64,000 nt of DNA, from contig OZ360247.1 of assembly GCA_977017645.1 (NCBI GenBank), forward strand, positions 14,012,001-14,076,000, read 5' to 3'. Position numbers and translations under genes: made by a program. How positions within the stretch are numbered: the stretch's first letter is position 1; each line of letters begins with the position of its first letter. Shown here in pieces: positions 59,818 through 64,000 of the stretch. A model generated the notes under the pieces. That model saw only the letters and a list, made by a program, of their open reading frames with translations. It did not search any database and was not told the DNA's origin. Origin of the DNA: Torpedo marmorata. Lineage: Eukaryota.

Positions 59818-62810
59818 GAAAGAGGGGACCACTGTGTCAAGGACTTCTTGACATGACTCAATAAGGTAAGAAAATTTTCTTTAAACAAATTATTGAATTT
59901 CTTGGTAATAGTAATACCTAGATAGTTGAACTGATTTTTAGCTATTTTAAAAGGAATAGAGGAATCTAAAGAGCAGGTAGAACTCAAAACGAACAGTTTA
60001 CTCTTCTGCAAATTCAATTTATATCCTGAAAATTGCCCGAATTGATAAAGAAGTGATAAAATAGATGGCATCGATCGGTCAGGATTCGATATATACAATA
60101 AAAGATCATCTGCGTAAAGAGACACCTTATGAACACTTCCTGCTCTTGTGATTCCTGAGATATCAGCTGATTGCCGAAAAGCCACTGCCAGAGGTTCTAA
60201 AGCCAAATTAAATAATAATGGGCTTAAAGGACATCCCTGTCTGGTACCACGATAAAACTTAAAAGGTTTAGATTTAATTGAGTTAGTAAAGATTGAAGCT
60301 GTAGGAGATAAATATATCAGTTTAATCCAATTTATAAATTGGGGACCAAAGTTAAATTTATCTAACACACTAAATAAGTATTCCCATTCTACTCTATCAA
60401 AGGCTTTTTCGGCATCTAAAGAAATAATACATTCAGAGGACGAAACTATAGCAGAATAAAGAATATCTAACAAACGACGGATATTAAATTGTGAGTAACG
60501 TCCCTCATAAACCCAGTTTGATCCTCAGAAATGACTAGAGGTATGATATTCTCTAACCTACGAGCTAAAATCTTAGATAGTATCTTAGTATCAATATTTA
60601 AGAGGGAAATTGGTCGGTAGGAGGAACAGTCTAATGGGTCCTTATTCTTTTTAGCAATAAGAGAAATTGAGGCTTCATAAAAAGTTTCTGGCAACTTCCC
60701 ACTAACTAAGGATTGAGTAAAGACAGAATCCAAATGGGGTATCAGTAAATGGGAAAATGATTTATAAAACTCCGCTCAGAGATAGGCTTTTCCAGCTTTA
60801 ATTTATTCCCTGAAGAAACTGTAGGAATAGTCAAACTATCCAGGAATTGCTGTATAGAAGTTCGGTCTTTGATCGAATCAGAGCTGTACAACTTAGAATA
60901 AAACTGAGAGAAAATGTCATTTATTTCAACATGATCATTAGTAATCTTACCATTGTCTCTACGAATCTCAGTAATAATCCTTTTAGCTGTATAATTTTTA
61001 ATTTGGCTAGCTAAAAATTTTCCAGCCTTTTCTCCATGCACGTAGAACTTAGATTTACTCTTTAAAAGTTGGGTCTGTATAGGGTAAGTAAGAAGCAAGT
61101 CGTGTTTAGTTTTAAGTTCGACCCTTCTTTTAAAAAGCTCAGGTTTCGGAGTTAAGGCATATTGTTGGTCAATACACTTCAGCTGATTGGCCAAATCATC
61201 TCTCTCAGAATTAACCTTCTTTTTAACGTTAGCCATAAATGAAATTATTTGACCTCTGACATAAGCTTTAAAAGCATCCCAGATTACTAAAATGGAAAGC
61301 TCCGGAGAGGAGTTTTTACTAAAAAAAAGGTGATTTGATCTTTCATGAATTTCAAAAAATCAGGGTCCTATAATAAAAAGGGTATTCAACCACCACTGTT
61401 TAGTAATTCTAGGTAAATCCAGGATATTAATAGAAAAAAATCACTGGAGAGTGGTCAGAAATGAGTATGCTTTCGTAAGAACAAAAGTCAACAGAAGAAA
61501 TTAATTGTTGGTCCATAAGAAAGTAATCAATATGTGAATATGTATGGTGGACCTTAGAGAAAAAAGAGAATTCTTTATCATCAGGATGGAGAAATCTCCA
61601 AACGTCAATAACACCAGATTGTAACATAAAAGAATTTATAAGTATAGCTGACTTATTTAAATTAACAATTTTATGAGACGAGCAGTCAAGTACTGGGTCA
61701 AGCCAACAGTTTAAGCCGCCATCTAATATCAAAGAATACATATTCAAATCCGGTAAAAGAGAAAAGAGGTGTTCAAAAAAATTCGGGTCATCAGTATTAG
61801 GACCATAAATGTTAACAAAGACGTAAAGTTTATTATATAGTTTACCGGACAATATAAGGAAACGACCATTAGTGTCGGCGATAAACGGCACCGATTGATC
61901 GATCAAGATTGAAACTCCCCTAGATTTAGCCAAAAATGCTGAGTGAAATTGCTGTCCCTTCCAAAAGTTCAAAAATCGCGAGGTATCAGGTAGACGAAAA
62001 TGTGTTTCTTGTAAGAGAATAATCATATGGAAAAATATTCGATGGTGACATAGAAGTTTGTGGAGTTACTAAAAGAACAGACTTGCTGCCAGCCCATTAG
62101 TCACCCCACTGGTTTATGTTAAAGGAGAAGCAGTCTTGCTAGTGAAAATCAAACTATAGATGCATGTAATTCTAAAGCAAAAACAGAAAATATTGGAAAT
62201 ACTTAATAGGACAAGCTGCATCTTCGACCTGAACTGTGAACTCTGTTTCTCTTCCCACAGATGCAGCGTTACCCACTGAATATTTCCAGATATTTGTTTT
62301 TTTAGTAACCTTGTTAACTTATGATTTTTTTTTGTTTAAGCCTATATTTGATTTTGATACAAAATTTGAAATGTATCTCAGGCAGTTGGCTGATCTATGA
62401 TTGTATCCACTGTACTATAACCTTGAATGATGCAAATGATTGCAGCACTGGAGGGTAAAGCACATACTCCCTTTTAGTAATAATAAAACACCTTGAAACT
62501 AATACAGATTCAGAACACACATCAATAATTTAGTTAAACTCAAAAATTAGCTGTAAAGTTCATTAATTACTGTGTCAAAACGAAGAATGTTTCAGAGATG
62601 TAACATTCCAAGATCCTTAATAGCATTCAGCACCTCAAAGCTTGCCCTTTATATGAAAACAAGAAAAAAGGCAGATGCTGGAAATCTTAAACATAAAGAA
62701 AAAATGCAAGAAAAACTTGGACCCAAAACAGTTCTCTTTTCACAGAAGTTGCTGACTTGCTGAGATTATATGCTATAATTTTTTTTATCTATTTATGTTT
62801 CTTGATCACA

Positions 62811-63832
62811 GGGGCGGCATGGTTGGCGTAGCGGTTAGCACAACGCCTTAACAGCGCCAGCGATTGGGACCAGACCGCGGTTCGAATCCCGCGCTGTCTG
62901 TAAGGAGTTTTTACGTTCTCCCCGTGTCTGCGTGGGTTTCCTCCGGGTGCTCTGGTTTCCTCCCACGTTCCAAAGACATATGGGGTTAGTAGGTTAATTG
63001 ATCACATGGGTGTATTTGGGTGAAGTAAAAAACACAAATGCTGGAGAACTCAGCAGGTCAAACAGTGTCTTTTATGTAGCAAAGGTAGAAATACATAACC
63101 GACGTTTCGGGCTTGAGCCCTTCATCAAAGTATGAGAAAATGCCGGCAGGCGTCCGAACAAAGGAGTGAGGGGGGAAGGGGGATGGCAAAGGCAGGAGAT
63201 GATAGGTGGAGAAAGGAGGGAGGGGACAGCAGCAAAGAGGGGGAGGAGGGATGGCTAGGTAGCTGGAGAAAAATAGGAAGGACAGGTGAGGGGGGAGGGG
63301 AAGGGAACAACAAGCAGGTTTAGTGGAAAGCAGAAAAGTCAATGTTAATGCCATCTGGCTGGAGAGTGCCGAGACGGAATATGAGATGTTGTTCCTCCAA
63401 TTTGCGGGTAGTCTGGGTGGGATAGTACATGAGGCCATGGACAGACATGTGAGTGTGGGAGTGTGACCCGGAATTGAAATGGTTGGCTACTGGGAGGTCG
63501 CTGTTGTTGCGGACGGAGAGGAGGTGCTCAGCAAAGCGGTCTCCCAATCTACGACCGGTCTCTCCAATGTATAGAAAGCCACAAAGGGAGCACCGGATGC
63601 AGTAAATAAGTTCTCTGGATGTACAAGTGAAATGTAGTTTCACTTGGAAGGCCTGTTTGGGGCCCTGGACCGTGGTGAGGGGGGAGGTGTGGGCGCAGGT
63701 GTTGCACCTCCTGCGGGCACAGGGGAAGGTTCCGGGGGTGCGATGGGTGGGGAGGGATGAGTGTATTTGGGTGGCGCAGGTTCGTGGGCTGGAAGGGCCT
63801 GTTACCATGCTATATCTCTAAATTTAAAAATA
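62811..63832 (+). mobile_element. V-SINE interrupted by a Penelope-like element
   Basis: Head and core at 62811-63022. Tail resumes at 63761-63832. Confidence 0.85.
63023..63760 (-). mobile_element. 5'-truncated Penelope-like element: Cys-motif linker, GIY-YIG endonuclease and pLTR with hammerhead (63094-63134)
   Basis: CARRRCNTC..LIYCIRCSLCGFLYIGETGRRLGDRFAEH. 13-bp TSD GTGTATTTGGGTG (63010-22 / 63761-73). Confidence 0.92.
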
Positions 63833-64000
63833 ATTTCCACCTGACATATTCCCTTCAACTCACTTTGATTGTCTATATCCCCCTGAAGACTCTACATCCT
63901 CCTGACTCCACTCAATCCACTTAGTTTGTATCATTGGCAAACATGGAAATATAACATCTGATCGCGCAGTCAAATCATTGATATTACTTGTGAATAGCTG

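Larger units (their letters stand above)
49132..62024 (-). mobile_element. L1 element A (outer host; 5'-truncated in the endonuclease; pieces at about 59818-62024, 58944-59077 and 49132-50603)
   Basis: EN (LLQETH, YSHIDYF, SDHSPV), RT (SLDAEKAFDRVEW, RQGCPLSP, YADD) and C-terminus (HMFWLCP). A-rich tail at 49132. 16-bp TSD ATATGGAAAAATATTC (49116-31 / 62025-40). Confidence 0.92.

Noticed and set aside
1-64000. Prokaryote-type systems (retron, CRISPR, defence operon) suggested by multiple RT and nuclease ORFs
   Set aside because: All RT, APE and GIY-YIG ORFs belong to CR1, L1 or Penelope retroelements inside spliceosomal introns of vertebrate genes.

Overview
Eukaryotic (vertebrate) genomic DNA. 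The repeat complement (V-SINE/HE1-like SINEs, CR1/HER1-like LINEs, fish-type L1s, Penelope-like elements) points to a cartilaginous fish, probably a shark or ray. The window holds the 3' ends of two convergent genes. On +, SRCIN1/p140Cap has exons at 3103-3222, 8526-10094 and 11409-11525 and a probable terminal exon/3'UTR from about 16350 to 20550. On -, ARHGAP23 has exons at 48984-48943, 47140-47035, 36640-36609 and 30721-29018 and a probable long 3'UTR to about 22330. Gene identities come from recalled motif similarity and the known ARHGAP23-SRCIN1 adjacency, not from a database search. Most other ORFs in the track are transposon remnants or spurious. Points of interest: (1) a 12.9-kb nest of five L1 elements, each with a readable target-site duplication (TSD); (2) a 95-nt CpG-rich structured insert in one L1 3'UTR that resembles 28S rRNA D2; (3) Penelope-like insertions carrying six minimal hammerhead ribozyme motifs, including fold-back mini-elements; (4) a composite hAT MITE and a 30-bp derivative; (5) six consecutive stem-loops in the putative ARHGAP23 3'UTR. 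I see no evidence of a novel multi-gene system.
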